Notes under the pieces: model-generated | The model's input: the letters and a program-made list of their open reading frames with translations, nothing else | What the model was told of the DNA's origin: nothing | The model's database searches: none | Part shown: piece by piece, positions 18,481 to 31,262 of the stretch | Numbering within the stretch: position 1 is the first letter of the stretch | Layout of the letters: every line of letters begins with the position of its first letter | Position numbers and translations under genes: made by a program | Assembly: GCA_034670305.1 (NCBI GenBank) | Contig: JAXMNT010000049.1 | Coordinates: 1-56,053, forward strand | Length of the DNA: 56,053 nucleotides | From: Deltaproteobacteria bacterium | GTDB taxonomy: Bacteria > Myxococcota_A > Polyangia > Polyangiales > Houyiibacteriaceae | Direction of reading: 5' to 3'

Positions 18481-19542
18481 GTGACCGCTCCTGCGATGCA
18501 ACTGACCGTTCGAAACGAAGCCGATGGACGCGCTGCCATCGCGACCGCTTTTGCCGGCCTGTACGGCTACGACGTACGTCCCACGCACTGGGGCACCCAC
18601 CGGCCGATGGAACAGGGCGGCGAGGATCCACTCGACGGAGTCAGCGCGTTCGCGGCCGACAACCACTGGCACTACGTCACCTACGGGCTGACCCAGCTCA
18701 CCGAGCAGACCGGCAGCTTCCCAGCCCAACCGGGGATGAGTGGCTTCGGGTTCGAGCTGACCTTTCGGCTCCGCCGCGAGAGCCAAACGCCGCCGGTGTG
18801 GCCGGTCGAGATGCTTCAGCGGCTCGCCCGTTATGTTTTCCGGAGCTCCAATCCCCTGCGCCCCGGCGATCACATGGCGCTCAACGGACCGCTTGCTGGT
18901 TCGGATCGCAGCGCGCTGCAGGCGGTGCTCTTCACCCTCGACCCGCAGCTCGCGCCGATCACCACCCGGCATGGCGAAGTGCGGTTCGTGCAGGTCGTGG
19001 GCATCACGCTCGACGAACTGGACGCGGTCAAAGACTGGCGCTGCGAAGGTTTCCTCGAACTGGTCGCGCGGGTGGAACCGAGGCTCATCACCGACTTGCA
19101 TCGGCACTCGCTCTTGAACGACGCCCACTTTCTCCAGGCCTGCCGGATCGGGGCACGCACGGAGGGCTCCTCCCACGGCTCATCGTTCGCGTCCGAGGTG
19201 CGGTGGCAGCTGACCTCGGTCGGACTCGAGTTGACCGTCGGTGCGATCGCCGTGCCCGACCTGCTCCGCATGCTCCGCCTGCGTTTGCCGTACAACCGCA
19301 GCTACCGGCTGCATGGCCGGCGCGGCAGCGTGCGCTTCAAACCTGGGCTGCGCGGCGGCTTCCGGGTCGAAGGTCGAGAGCTGACCATCGAGGTGCCCTG
19401 GGACGCAGCCGCCAGCATGGCAGAAGCGCTCAAAGCCCAGCGAGGCACCTACGACTGGCCAGGGATCCGTGGACTCACGGTGATCGTGAAACCCACCGAC
19501 GTCCGCGGCGGCCGAGGCGAGCTCATCCGCGTCATCGGCTGA
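18481..19542 (+). CDS. Suppressor-of-fused (SUFU) family protein with N- and C-terminal domains
   Basis: GGEDPLDGVS, HWHYVTYGLT, SGFGFELTFRL, WPVEMLQRLARYVF, GDHM, QVVGITLDEL and LITDLHR. Start may be GTG 18481 or ATG 18496. Confidence 0.9.
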   Translation: MTAPAMQLTVRNEADGRAAIATAFAGLYGYDVRPTHWGTHRPMEQGGEDPLDGVSAFAADNHWHYVTYGLTQLTEQTGSFPAQPGMSGFGFELTFRLRRESQTPPVWPVEMLQRLARYVFRSSNPLRPGDHMALNGPLAGSDRSALQAVLFTLDPQLAPITTRHGEVRFVQVVGITLDELDAVKDWRCEGFLELVARVEPRLITDLHRHSLLNDAHFLQACRIGARTEGSSHGSSFASEVRWQLTSVGLELTVGAIAVPDLLRMLRLRLPYNRSYRLHGRRGSVRFKPGLRGGFRVEGRELTIEVPWDAAASMAEALKAQRGTYDWPGIRGLTVIVKPTDVRGGRGELIRVIG

Positions 19543-19545
19543 CCG

Positions 19546-19641
19546 CGGCTTCGGCAATCGGCTTCGGCTTCGGCGTCGGCGTCGGCGTCGCCATCGGCTT
19601 CGGTGTGCATTTCGCACAAAAGGGCAAGGGCAAGGGCACGG
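19546..19641. repeat. Short (TCGGCN)n array, small hairpin and (GGGCAA)n run
   Basis: Hexamers at 19546-19603, then TGTGC-ATTTC-GCACA, then GGGCAAGGGCAAGGGCACGG. Confidence 0.8.
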
Positions 19642-19702
19642 CCTGCCACGGAGGACAGTCCGGTTGGCACCTGGGTGGGCGCAGCGTATGCTCCGCGCCG
19701 TC

Positions 19703-20026
19703 ATGAAGGACCTGACTTCGCGAGAGCGCTGGGACGTGTGGATGGTGCAGGCGGAACGCTTCGCCCGCCGCGAGAACTACATCGATGCCCTCGGCCGTTT
19801 GCGGCTGATCCTCAACGAGGTGACCGCGGCGCTGAAGGGCGCGTCCGATGCGGATCGCAGCGGGCTCGAGAGCTTCCGCGCCCGCGTCGAGCGACGCCAC
19901 ACCGCCGTTCGGACCAAGTTCGAAGTCTGGAACGCCAAGATCGCCAAGCGCCGCCAGCTCTACACGGATCAGGCCGGCGAGGAGATGCAGCGCCCGCTCC
20001 CGCTCGGTCCCGACGAGTTCGTCTGA
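19703..20026 (+). CDS. Small helical hypothetical protein
   Basis: Good codon bias; TATGCT upstream; abuts the next gene. Start may be 19688 or 19703. Confidence 0.7.
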   Translation: MKDLTSRERWDVWMVQAERFARRENYIDALGRLRLILNEVTAALKGASDADRSGLESFRARVERRHTAVRTKFEVWNAKIAKRRQLYTDQAGEEMQRPLPLGPDEFV

Positions 20027-20028
20027 CC

Positions 20029-20871
20029 TTGGAGTACTGCGCGGAACTCTCCGAGCACGCAGAAGAACCTCTGGCGGGCACCGCCGCGCACGCGCGGACC
20101 TGGTTGCTCGTCGAGGAGAACGGCCCGTGGGCTCCGGACCCGATCGACTCGCCTGGGCTCGTCGAACTGCTTCCGTTCCTGCGGGGCTGGCTGGACGAGG
20201 GGACCGAGGACGACGTCCGCCGCATTCAGCTGATCCGCCGGCCCAAGACCCAGCAGGACAGCGCACCCTCCGAGCGCCTCTTCTACGAAGCCGACGTGCT
20301 CCGCCAGACGTTGGTGGCGTGGCGCGGTGATCTGAACGCCACACGGGTGCCGCTCGAAGATTCGGTCGTGCTCGTCTGCACCCACGGCAAACGGGACCGC
20401 TGCTGCGCGCTGCGCGGTCAGCCGGTCTTCGATGCACTGCGGATGACCGAGGGCGACGCTCAGATCTGGCAGACCAGCCACCTGGGTGGTCATCGCTTCG
20501 CGGCCACCTTGCTCCGCCTCCCGGATGGCTACTGCCTGGGACGGGTGAACGCCGATCGCGCAGAAGACATCGCGCGCGCGGTCGACCAGGGGGTGCTCGC
20601 AGACCGTTCCTTGATCCGGGGTCAGGTCGCGTATCCGGGTCCGGTGCAAGCGGCGGATCTCTTCGCGCGCGGCATCTGGAACGAAGACCGGGTCAGTGCA
20701 GTGGTGGTTCGTTCGTCTGAGCCCGACGGCGACGGCTGGCAGGTCGCGCTCGAACGCGGCGACGACCAGCTGACGATCCGCGTCGGCACCCGACCGCTCG
20801 AAGCCTTCGGCAAGAGCTGCGGCGCCGATCCCAAACCGGTGAGCGCCTTCACCTGCGAGCAGGTGTCGTGA
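20029..20871 (+). CDS. Sucrase/ferredoxin-like (Apd1/Aim32-type) 2Fe-2S protein
   Basis: VCTHGKRDRCC and SHLGGHRFA; N-terminal EPLAGTA..WLLVE. TTG start is inferred. Confidence 0.85.
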   Translation: MEYCAELSEHAEEPLAGTAAHARTWLLVEENGPWAPDPIDSPGLVELLPFLRGWLDEGTEDDVRRIQLIRRPKTQQDSAPSERLFYEADVLRQTLVAWRGDLNATRVPLEDSVVLVCTHGKRDRCCALRGQPVFDALRMTEGDAQIWQTSHLGGHRFAATLLRLPDGYCLGRVNADRAEDIARAVDQGVLADRSLIRGQVAYPGPVQAADLFARGIWNEDRVSAVVVRSSEPDGDGWQVALERGDDQLTIRVGTRPLEAFGKSCGADPKPVSAFTCEQVS

Positions 20872-22190
20872 GCGGCACCCAAGACCGCGTCCGCATCGGC
20901 ATGCTCGGTTGCGGCGTCGTCGGCACCGGCATTCTGCGACTGCTCCGCGACAACGCCGAACAGATCGAAGGCCGCCTCGGTGCGCCGATCGAAGTCGTGG
21001 GCATCGCGGTCCGGGACCGATCCCGTGTGCGCGACGACGTGGTGCCCGCCGATCTCGTCTCCGAAGACGCAGCGGCGCTCGCCGTACGCGACGACGTCGA
21101 CGTGGTGGTCGAGGTCATGGGCGGTCTCGAGCCGGCCGGCGCCCACCTGCGCGCCGCGCTCGAAGCGGGCAAGCACGTCGTCACCGCGAACAAAGCGCTG
21201 CTGGCCGAGAACGGCGACGCGCTCATCGAAGCCGCCGAACGGCGGGGCGTGGATCTCTACTTCGAAGCGGCGGTCGCAGGCGGCATTCCGATCATCCGGG
21301 TGCTCCGCGAAGGGCTTGCGTCCGATCGCATCGTCGCGCTGCGCGGCATCGTCAACGGCACCAGCAACTACATCCTCTCGCGCATGCAGGTCGCGGGGCT
21401 CGACTTCGACGTGGCGCTGAAAGAAGCCCAAGAGCTCGGCTTCGCGGAAGCGGACCCAACCCTGGACGTCGGGGGCGGAGACGCAGCGCACAAGCTCGCG
21501 ATTCTGGCGACGCTCGCCTACGGCGCCCGCGTGCATCCCTCGCAGATCCTGATCGAAGGCATCGACCGGGTCAGCGCGATCGACATGACCTTCGCGGCGC
21601 GACTTGGCTACGTGATCAAGCCGCTCGCGGTGGCCAAACCCATCGGCGACAAACTCGACCTTCGGGTGCATCCCGCGCTCGTACCCGAGGGTTCGGTCCT
21701 CGCGAGCATTCGCGGCGCACTCAACGCCGTCTACGTCGAAGGCGCGATGGTCGGTCCGTGTCTGCTCAGTGGCCCTGGCGCTGGCGCCCTGCCCACCGCC
21801 ATGAGCGTCGTGAGCGACATCGTCGACGTCGGGCGCAACATGCTGGCGGGCGCGCATGGACGGGTGCCCACCCGCGCGTTCCGCGGCGAGAGCCTCCAAG
21901 AAGTGCGGGTGCAGGCGCGCGGCGAACACCGCGGGCGCACCTACCTGAGAATCGCAGTCGCCGATCGCACCGGCGTGCTCGGCCGCATCGCGAGCGTGCT
22001 CGGCGGATTCGACGTCAGCATCGAGCAGATGATCCAAGAGGGCGGCCGGGGCGACAGCGGCGAGAGCGCCACCCTGGTGATGCTCACGCACGAAGCCCTG
22101 GAGTCGGATCTCCAGGCCGCGCTGACCGAGATCACGCGGCTGAACTACTGCACGGAACCACCGACCGCGCTGCGCATCGAGGAGAGCTGA
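20868..22190 (+). CDS. hom: Homoserine dehydrogenase with C-terminal ACT domain
   Basis: GCGVVG, VVTANKA, FEAAVAGGIP, NGTSNYIL, EADPTLDV and GPGAGALPTA; ACT domain (DRTGVL). Confidence 0.96.
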   Translation: MSGTQDRVRIGMLGCGVVGTGILRLLRDNAEQIEGRLGAPIEVVGIAVRDRSRVRDDVVPADLVSEDAAALAVRDDVDVVVEVMGGLEPAGAHLRAALEAGKHVVTANKALLAENGDALIEAAERRGVDLYFEAAVAGGIPIIRVLREGLASDRIVALRGIVNGTSNYILSRMQVAGLDFDVALKEAQELGFAEADPTLDVGGGDAAHKLAILATLAYGARVHPSQILIEGIDRVSAIDMTFAARLGYVIKPLAVAKPIGDKLDLRVHPALVPEGSVLASIRGALNAVYVEGAMVGPCLLSGPGAGALPTAMSVVSDIVDVGRNMLAGAHGRVPTRAFRGESLQEVRVQARGEHRGRTYLRIAVADRTGVLGRIASVLGGFDVSIEQMIQEGGRGDSGESATLVMLTHEALESDLQAALTEITRLNYCTEPPTALRIEES

Positions 22191-22193
22191 GCC

Positions 22194-22430
22194 GTGCCGG
22201 AGGGTCTCGGCTGGCTGATCACGGCGACGGCTGTGGGCGCGGCGGTGTTGGTCGCACACCTGGCGCTCTTCGTCGCGGTGGTTCGGTCGGACCTGGCGAC
22301 CGGTTGGAAGTGGGCGTCGCTCGTCCCGCTCGTGACCCCGGTGGCGGCATGGAAAGCCGACAAGAAGTTCGCCCTGATGGCGTGGACCGTGTGCGTCCTG
22401 GCGTACATCGTGATTCGGCTCGCCTGGTAG
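22194..22430 (+). CDS. Small integral membrane protein
   Basis: 78 aa with three hydrophobic stretches; starts 3 nt after the hom stop. Confidence 0.65.
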   Translation: MPEGLGWLITATAVGAAVLVAHLALFVAVVRSDLATGWKWASLVPLVTPVAAWKADKKFALMAWTVCVLAYIVIRLAW

Positions 22431-22433
22431 CCG

Positions 22434-23822
22434 CTAGAACTCGAGGGTGGCGCCGACGGTGACTCGGGTGCTCGTGACTTTCATGCCCGCGCCGATCGGT
22501 TCGGTGCCCCACGCGAGCGTGAAGTCGAAGCGGTGGTCGAGGCTGTGGATGGCACCGAAACCGATGCCAAAGCTCATGCGCATCCGGTCGAGCGCGAAGT
22601 TCTCGAAGCGTCCGTCGTAGACGTCGCCGACGCCCACGTGGATGAGCGCGTCGAGGTACGACCAGATCGGCCAGCTGTACTGGGCGACCACACTCGCCAC
22701 GCTCTCGCCCCGCAGTCGGCCGGTGCGGAAGCCGCGCAGGGGCCCGCTGCCGCCGAGGTCGGGCAGCTCGGTGAACGGGACCTCACCAGCGAACGCATGG
22801 ACCAAGCGCACCGACGCATGCACGGCCAGCACTTGCCCTGATCCGTTGAGATCGAGAAACCCGGCCGCCGAACCGCCGTACCGAAGCCAGCGGCGCGCGA
22901 GCGGATCGACGAGGTCGAAGGCCTGTTCCACGTGCGCATGGAGCATCACGCCCGAGGTGCTGTTGGGGCGTCGACCGCGGGTGTTCACCTCCAGCACCAT
23001 GCCGTGCGCGTAGATGAAGTACCCGCTCAGGTACCCGGGCGGCAGATCGTAGGCGCCCTGGGCGACGCGGTTCTCGATGGTCTCCCCCGCGAAGATGTCG
23101 TCGCTGAACCGCCGCTCCCGGATCCCCGCCCAAGTGCGCACGCGGCTGGCCCTCCACGGTTCCGCTTCGAACCCGATCTCGGCGCCGAGCACTCGCTCCT
23201 GGTAGCGCGATCGAGTGTTCGAGTTCTGGCTGCCGATGCCGAAGTAGCGCTGGTCCGGCCGGCGGTGCGCCTCGAGCCGGAGCTCGAACCGCCAATCCTC
23301 GTTCGGGCCGACCCAGCGCGAGATCGCCCTGCCCTTCAGCCAGTCCTTGCCCCAGGTCGCGAACCGAAACCGCATGCGGTGGCGTTCGTGGCCTGCTTCG
23401 TTCCATCGCAGGTAGAGACCGGCGCTCGGACGCTCTCCGAAATCGATGAGGAGCGTCGGCGCGATCGCCACCTGCGCCCGTTCGCCGAACACGAAGAACC
23501 GAAGCGGGTCCGACGTGCCCTCTTCCGCCAGACGCGCCAGCAGCCCGAGCGGCCGCCGGATGACGAACTCGGTCAAGATCCAGAGCGGCGCGAACACGAG
23601 CCGCGGGATCCACAGCAGCTTCTGTCCGAGCGTGGTCGTGGCGTCCGCCCGACCGTCGTAGTCTGGGAGGGCACGCGGCTGAAGCCTCGTCGGCTCTTCG
23701 GTCTCCCCATCCGGCAGCGCGTGATCCTGCGTCATCACGTGCGCGTCGGGCGACTGCGCCCCGGCGCGAGACGCCGCCCCCACCGCGAGCCCCGCCACCA
23801 GGACCCACGCCCCCGCCTTCAC
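22434..23822 (-). CDS. BamA/TamA (Omp85) family outer-membrane beta-barrel protein
   Basis: Signal peptide, LGGSGPLRGFRTGRLRG loop motif and terminal Phe (TLEF). GTGA overlap with the upstream gene. Confidence 0.8.
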   Translation of the reverse strand: MKAGAWVLVAGLAVGAASRAGAQSPDAHVMTQDHALPDGETEEPTRLQPRALPDYDGRADATTTLGQKLLWIPRLVFAPLWILTEFVIRRPLGLLARLAEEGTSDPLRFFVFGERAQVAIAPTLLIDFGERPSAGLYLRWNEAGHERHRMRFRFATWGKDWLKGRAISRWVGPNEDWRFELRLEAHRRPDQRYFGIGSQNSNTRSRYQERVLGAEIGFEAEPWRASRVRTWAGIRERRFSDDIFAGETIENRVAQGAYDLPPGYLSGYFIYAHGMVLEVNTRGRRPNSTSGVMLHAHVEQAFDLVDPLARRWLRYGGSAAGFLDLNGSGQVLAVHASVRLVHAFAGEVPFTELPDLGGSGPLRGFRTGRLRGESVASVVAQYSWPIWSYLDALIHVGVGDVYDGRFENFALDRMRMSFGIGFGAIHSLDHRFDFTLAWGTEPIGAGMKVTSTRVTVGATLEF

Positions 23823-24604
23823 TGCGCAAGCTCGCGCGCGACGTCGATGTACCCCTCTCGGAAGGAGGGATAGCGGGGCACCCACCCGAGGTCGCGGAGC
23901 GCGTCGTTGCGGCAACGTTTGCCCACCGGCGGCCCCTCGATCACCGGCGCCTCGACGTCGAAGAACGCGGCGAGGTACGCCGCCACTTCGGACAGAGGCG
24001 CAGTGTCGTCGTCCACGCCGATGAATGCGCCGACCGGGCGATGGGTGAGCGCCGCGATCACTGCGGTCGACGCATCGTCGCGGTGGATGCGGTTGGTGAA
24101 CCGATCGGGACCACGCAGCGTGCCATCGACCACGCTGCGAATGAGCCGGGTCCGGGTCGGGCCGTAGAGGCCGGCAAGGCGCACGATGGCCCCACGGCCC
24201 ATCGCGAGCGCCTCGGCCTCCACCAGCACCTGCGCGGTCTCGGAGGTCGGCTTGGTCTCCGAGGCGTGGTCGACGAAGCCGCTCGACTGTCCGTACACCG
24301 CGGTGCTCGACACGAAGACGACGTAGGCTTCGGGGGCGACCTCGAGCATGGTGCGCAGGCCCTCGACGTAGGCTGCCTGGTACGCGTCCACGGAGCGCCC
24401 ATCGGCCGAGGCGCAGTACACGACCGCGGACACGTGCAAACCCTCGAGCGCCTGCTCGACCGACGCGCGATCGGTGAGATCCGCCGCCCGCACTCCGTCC
24501 ACAGCGGTTCGCCGCAGACCGAGGACCGGCGTGTTTGCGCGCCCCAGATCGAGTGCGATTCGGTTGCCGAGGTACCCCTGACCGGCGATCACCACATGAT
24601 CCAT
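23819..24604 (-). CDS. Atypical SDR / NAD-dependent epimerase (YeeZ-like)
   Basis: GQGYLG, SSTAVYG, RLAGLYGP, NRIHRDD and YPSFREG. Confidence 0.88.
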   Translation of the reverse strand: MDHVVIAGQGYLGNRIALDLGRANTPVLGLRRTAVDGVRAADLTDRASVEQALEGLHVSAVVYCASADGRSVDAYQAAYVEGLRTMLEVAPEAYVVFVSSTAVYGQSSGFVDHASETKPTSETAQVLVEAEALAMGRGAIVRLAGLYGPTRTRLIRSVVDGTLRGPDRFTNRIHRDDASTAVIAALTHRPVGAFIGVDDDTAPLSEVAAYLAAFFDVEAPVIEGPPVGKRCRNDALRDLGWVPRYPSFREGYIDVARELAQ

Positions 24605-24743
24605 GGCGCACCCTACCAGCGCCACCGGCCCGGCCCGAGAGACTTCGACGGGGACCGGCAGGTGTTCCAGGTTGGGGGCGTCGGCCCGAAGGTTTGTGCG
24701 TCTGGTCGGCAATCTGGCTCGGGGTTTGGTAGCCTGTGGTCCG

Positions 24744-25376
24744 ATGCGTTGCGTCCTTCTCAGCTGCTTGGCCCTACTCACGGGCGCCGCATGCGCCAAG
24801 GGCGTGGGCGAAGACGACCCGCGGGGCCGGGACTCGGCGGGTGTCGACGCGGCGGGCATCGACGGAGGCGCGCGGGACACAGGCGGCCGAGATGCGCCAA
24901 GCCAGCCCGACACCGGACCGCCGTGTGTGGACGACGAGGTCGGAGACGTGTGTGCGGAAGCGACCGAGCTCGGCACGATCATGCCCCTCGGCCGGACCAT
25001 GGTGGAGGGCAAGCTGCCCCTGCTCTCCGACACCGACTGGTACCACGTGACGTTCCCGCTCGCGGGCGCTGGCGAATCCATGCGGGGGGTCGGCATGCCC
25101 GAGATCACGCTGGCCGGCGACTCGACCATGGTCATGGAAGTCCTCTCGACCTGCACGATGCCGGTGGGATGCGACGAAGGCACGGCGAGCGAGATCACCT
25201 CGTACAGCTTTGTCGACGATCAGTCGGATCTGATGGTCACCGACCCGACGACGCCGGGCCCGGCCGAGCCCTTCATGACACGCGACACCCCGTGGCCCGA
25301 AGAGCTGTACATCAAGGTCAGCCGCCGCGGCGGGCCGGCCGACTGCAGCGACTACGTGTTGACCGTTTCCCGGTGA
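24744..25376 (+). CDS. Lipoprotein with a PPC-like beta-sandwich domain
   Basis: Lipobox LTGAAC, Asp/Gly linker, DTDWYHVTF and LYIKVS..YVLTV. Confidence 0.75.
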   Translation: MRCVLLSCLALLTGAACAKGVGEDDPRGRDSAGVDAAGIDGGARDTGGRDAPSQPDTGPPCVDDEVGDVCAEATELGTIMPLGRTMVEGKLPLLSDTDWYHVTFPLAGAGESMRGVGMPEITLAGDSTMVMEVLSTCTMPVGCDEGTASEITSYSFVDDQSDLMVTDPTTPGPAEPFMTRDTPWPEELYIKVSRRGGPADCSDYVLTVSR

Positions 25377-25437
25377 CGTCCGAAGCCGCAACCCTGGGCT
25401 CTCCAGACGCAAGCTCTCCAAGCCGAGCGCCGTTGCC

Positions 25438-26118
25438 GTGAGGATCGTCGCCGTCGCGGACACCCACACGTTCGAGCGCGATCTCGGCACGCTCCCCGAG
25501 GGCGACCTCCTGGTGCACGCGGGGGACATGCTGCGCGGCGGCACCCTGGAAGAACTCGGGCCCATGGCAGAGTGGTTCAACGCGCAACCGCACGCGCACA
25601 AAATCATCGTGCCCGGCAACCACGACGTCTGCTTTCAGACCCAGCCCGACCAGGCACGTGCGCTCGTCGACGCCACGGTGCTGGTCGACTCGGGCGTCAC
25701 CCTCGACGGCCTGACCTTCTGGGGCAGCCCCTGGCAACCGCAGCACCCGGACTGGGGCTACCACTGTCCGCCCGAATCGATCGGGGCGAAGTGGGCGCTG
25801 GTTCCGGCCGGGACGGACGTGCTGATCACCCACACGCCCGGGCGCGGCATCGGCGACCGAGCCTCGGGCCACGGCCGGGTGGGATGCCAAGCGTTGGCAG
25901 AGGCGGGCCGTCGCATCCAGGCCCGCATGCATCTGTTCGGTCACGTGCACCAAGAGGGCGGCGCCTGGCTGCACGACGGCCGGTGGCAATTGAACGTCAC
26001 GACGTGGGAGAGCGAACGCGCCGCGACCGTGTTCGACATCACCGCCGACGACGTTCGGCTGGTCGAGGTGCCGCCCACCGATCCGATGGCGGTCCAGCGC
26101 GCCCACCCAGCGTCGTAG
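25438..26118 (+). CDS. Calcineurin-like metallophosphoesterase (MPPED/239FB-like)
   Basis: ADTH, HAGD, PGNHD, LITHTP and FGHVH. Confidence 0.9.
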   Translation: MRIVAVADTHTFERDLGTLPEGDLLVHAGDMLRGGTLEELGPMAEWFNAQPHAHKIIVPGNHDVCFQTQPDQARALVDATVLVDSGVTLDGLTFWGSPWQPQHPDWGYHCPPESIGAKWALVPAGTDVLITHTPGRGIGDRASGHGRVGCQALAEAGRRIQARMHLFGHVHQEGGAWLHDGRWQLNVTTWESERAATVFDITADDVRLVEVPPTDPMAVQRAHPAS

Positions 26119-26148
26119 GCCACCCAGCCAGCGTGCTCGGGCAGGCCC

Positions 26149-29823
<3,675 letters not shown>

Positions 29824-29870
29824 GATGGACTTCGGTTCTTGAAACGGGAGGGTCGGGACAGGCGTTTGAA

Positions 29871-31133
29871 CTACGACTTCTTCTTCTTCGCGGACTTCTT
29901 CGTCGCGGACTTCTTCTTCTTCGCGGCCGTCTTCTTCGGCGCGGCCTTCTTCTTCGGCGCGGACTTCTTCTTCTTCGCGGCCTTCTTCTTCGGCGCGGCC
30001 TTCTTCTTCGGCGCGGCCTTCTTCTTCGGCACGGCCTTCTTCTTCGGCGCGGCCTTCTCCTTCGGCGCGGCCTTCTTCGGCGCGGCCTTCTTCTTCGGCG
30101 CGGCCTTCTTCTTCGGCGCGGCCTTCTTCGGCGCGGCCTTCTTCTTCGGCGCGGCCTTCTTCGTCGGCTTCTCGGTCGCGGGCTTCGGCTCCGTCAGGGG
30201 CGGGTCGCCCTCGCGGGGTTTGATGCCCACCGCCGTCAGCACTTCGTAGTGGGGCGGTCGCTTCTCCCGCGAGGTGACCTCGCACCGGGCGACGCGCAGC
30301 CCGCTCCGGCGGATCTTGGTGGCCAGCCGCTTCACATCGTAGCCCGCACGCACGTGGCCGAACGCGGCCGCCCGCGCCCCGTTGCGGTGCGCAGCCAGGG
30401 TGAGCACGACGAGCTCGCCGCCGGGGCGCAGCACCCGGGCCATTTCGGCCAGGGGTTCGGCGGCCGCCTGCACGTAGGTGAGTGCGTGAAACACCAGGAC
30501 GTGGTCGAACGACTCGTCTTGGAACGGCAGCGCCCCCATCTCACCGACCACGAACTTCCCGAAGGGGGCCCGCTGGCGGGCGGCTTCCACGACCGCTTCG
30601 CTCCGATCGACACCGGTGTAGCTCGCGCAGCGGCCCTTCAAGAGCCCCGCGGTCCAGCCGTCGCCGCAGCCGACGTCGAGTACGTCTCCGAGCCGGACCA
30701 ACGACGAGAGACCGTGGACGAGCGCCTGCCAGGTGCGCCCCGGCGAGTAGTGCTGTTCCATCTCGCCGGCCACTGTCTCGGGCCACGCGCCCTGCTCGAG
30801 CACCTTGGTGCGGCGGGCCGCATCCGAGCGAAGGGCCGCGTCGTCGAGCTGTCCTCGGAGGAGTTCCCAGAGCGCCCGCGCGCCGCGGGGCATGGCCGCG
30901 TGAACCCGGTACAGCGTGGAGGAACCCCGTCGGCGATCGTGCACGAGCCCCGCGTCCCGCAACTTGCCGAGGTGGGTCGAGACCCGGGACTGGCTCAGCT
31001 CGGTGATGCGCGTGAGCTGCGCCACGCTCAGCTCGTGGCCCTGCAGGATGCAGAGCAGTCGCAGACGGGTCGCGTCTCCGAAGAGGTGGAGCCAGTTGGT
31101 GGATGCTTCGAGGGTGGTGGTCGGTTTGGGCAT
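29871..31133 (-). CDS. SahR/SamR-like ArsR HTH + SAM-methyltransferase-fold regulator with a histone H1-like Lys/Ala/Pro tail
   Basis: ArsR domain ([20 protein letters not shown]), YSPGRTW and VLDVGCGDG; lies directly upstream of metH; in-frame KKKAAP repeats. Confidence 0.88.
   Translation of the reverse strand: MPKPTTTLEASTNWLHLFGDATRLRLLCILQGHELSVAQLTRITELSQSRVSTHLGKLRDAGLVHDRRRGSSTLYRVHAAMPRGARALWELLRGQLDDAALRSDAARRTKVLEQGAWPETVAGEMEQHYSPGRTWQALVHGLSSLVRLGDVLDVGCGDGWTAGLLKGRCASYTGVDRSEAVVEAARQRAPFGKFVVGEMGALPFQDESFDHVLVFHALTYVQAAAEPLAEMARVLRPGGELVVLTLAAHRNGARAAAFGHVRAGYDVKRLATKIRRSGLRVARCEVTSREKRPPHYEVLTAVGIKPREGDPPLTEPKPATEKPTKKAAPKKKAAPKKAAPKKKAAPKKKAAPKKAAPKEKAAPKKKAVPKKKAAPKKKAAPKKKAAKKKKSAPKKKAAPKKTAAKKKKSATKKSAKKKKS
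29874..30165 (-). repeat. Coding 15/18-nt tandem repeat (KKKAAP)n
   Basis: Repeated CTTCTTCTTCGGCGCGGC units on the + strand. Confidence 0.95.
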
Positions 31134-31139
31134 GGTGGG

Positions 31140-31195
31140 TCATCGGTTCATCATGATGACCGGATGAGTGTGCACCTCGAGGCCAGTTCGGTCAA
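31140..31195 (-). promoter_or_regulatory. sigma70 promoter (TTGACC-N17-CACACT) with a 28-bp palindromic operator over the start site
   Basis: -35 at 31190-31195 and -10 at 31167-31172. TCATCGGTTCATCATGATGACCGGATGA (31140-31167) matches its own reverse complement at 24 of 28 positions. Confidence 0.75.
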
Positions 31196-31262
31196 CCGAA
31201 CGACGAGACCGCCATGCGACCTGATAACCTGCCCGCATGCCAGCCGCCGGGGCGAATTGAAC

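Noticed and set aside
29824-29870. SAM or cobalamin riboswitch upstream of metH
   Set aside because: The gap is only 47 nt and shows no recognisable aptamer; a protein regulator and operator explain control.
29824-30285. Acidic (EEEGRA)n N-terminal extension of MetH in the ORF track
   Set aside because: It is an alternate-frame reading of the regulator's Lys-rich tail; MetH similarity begins at ATG 29823.
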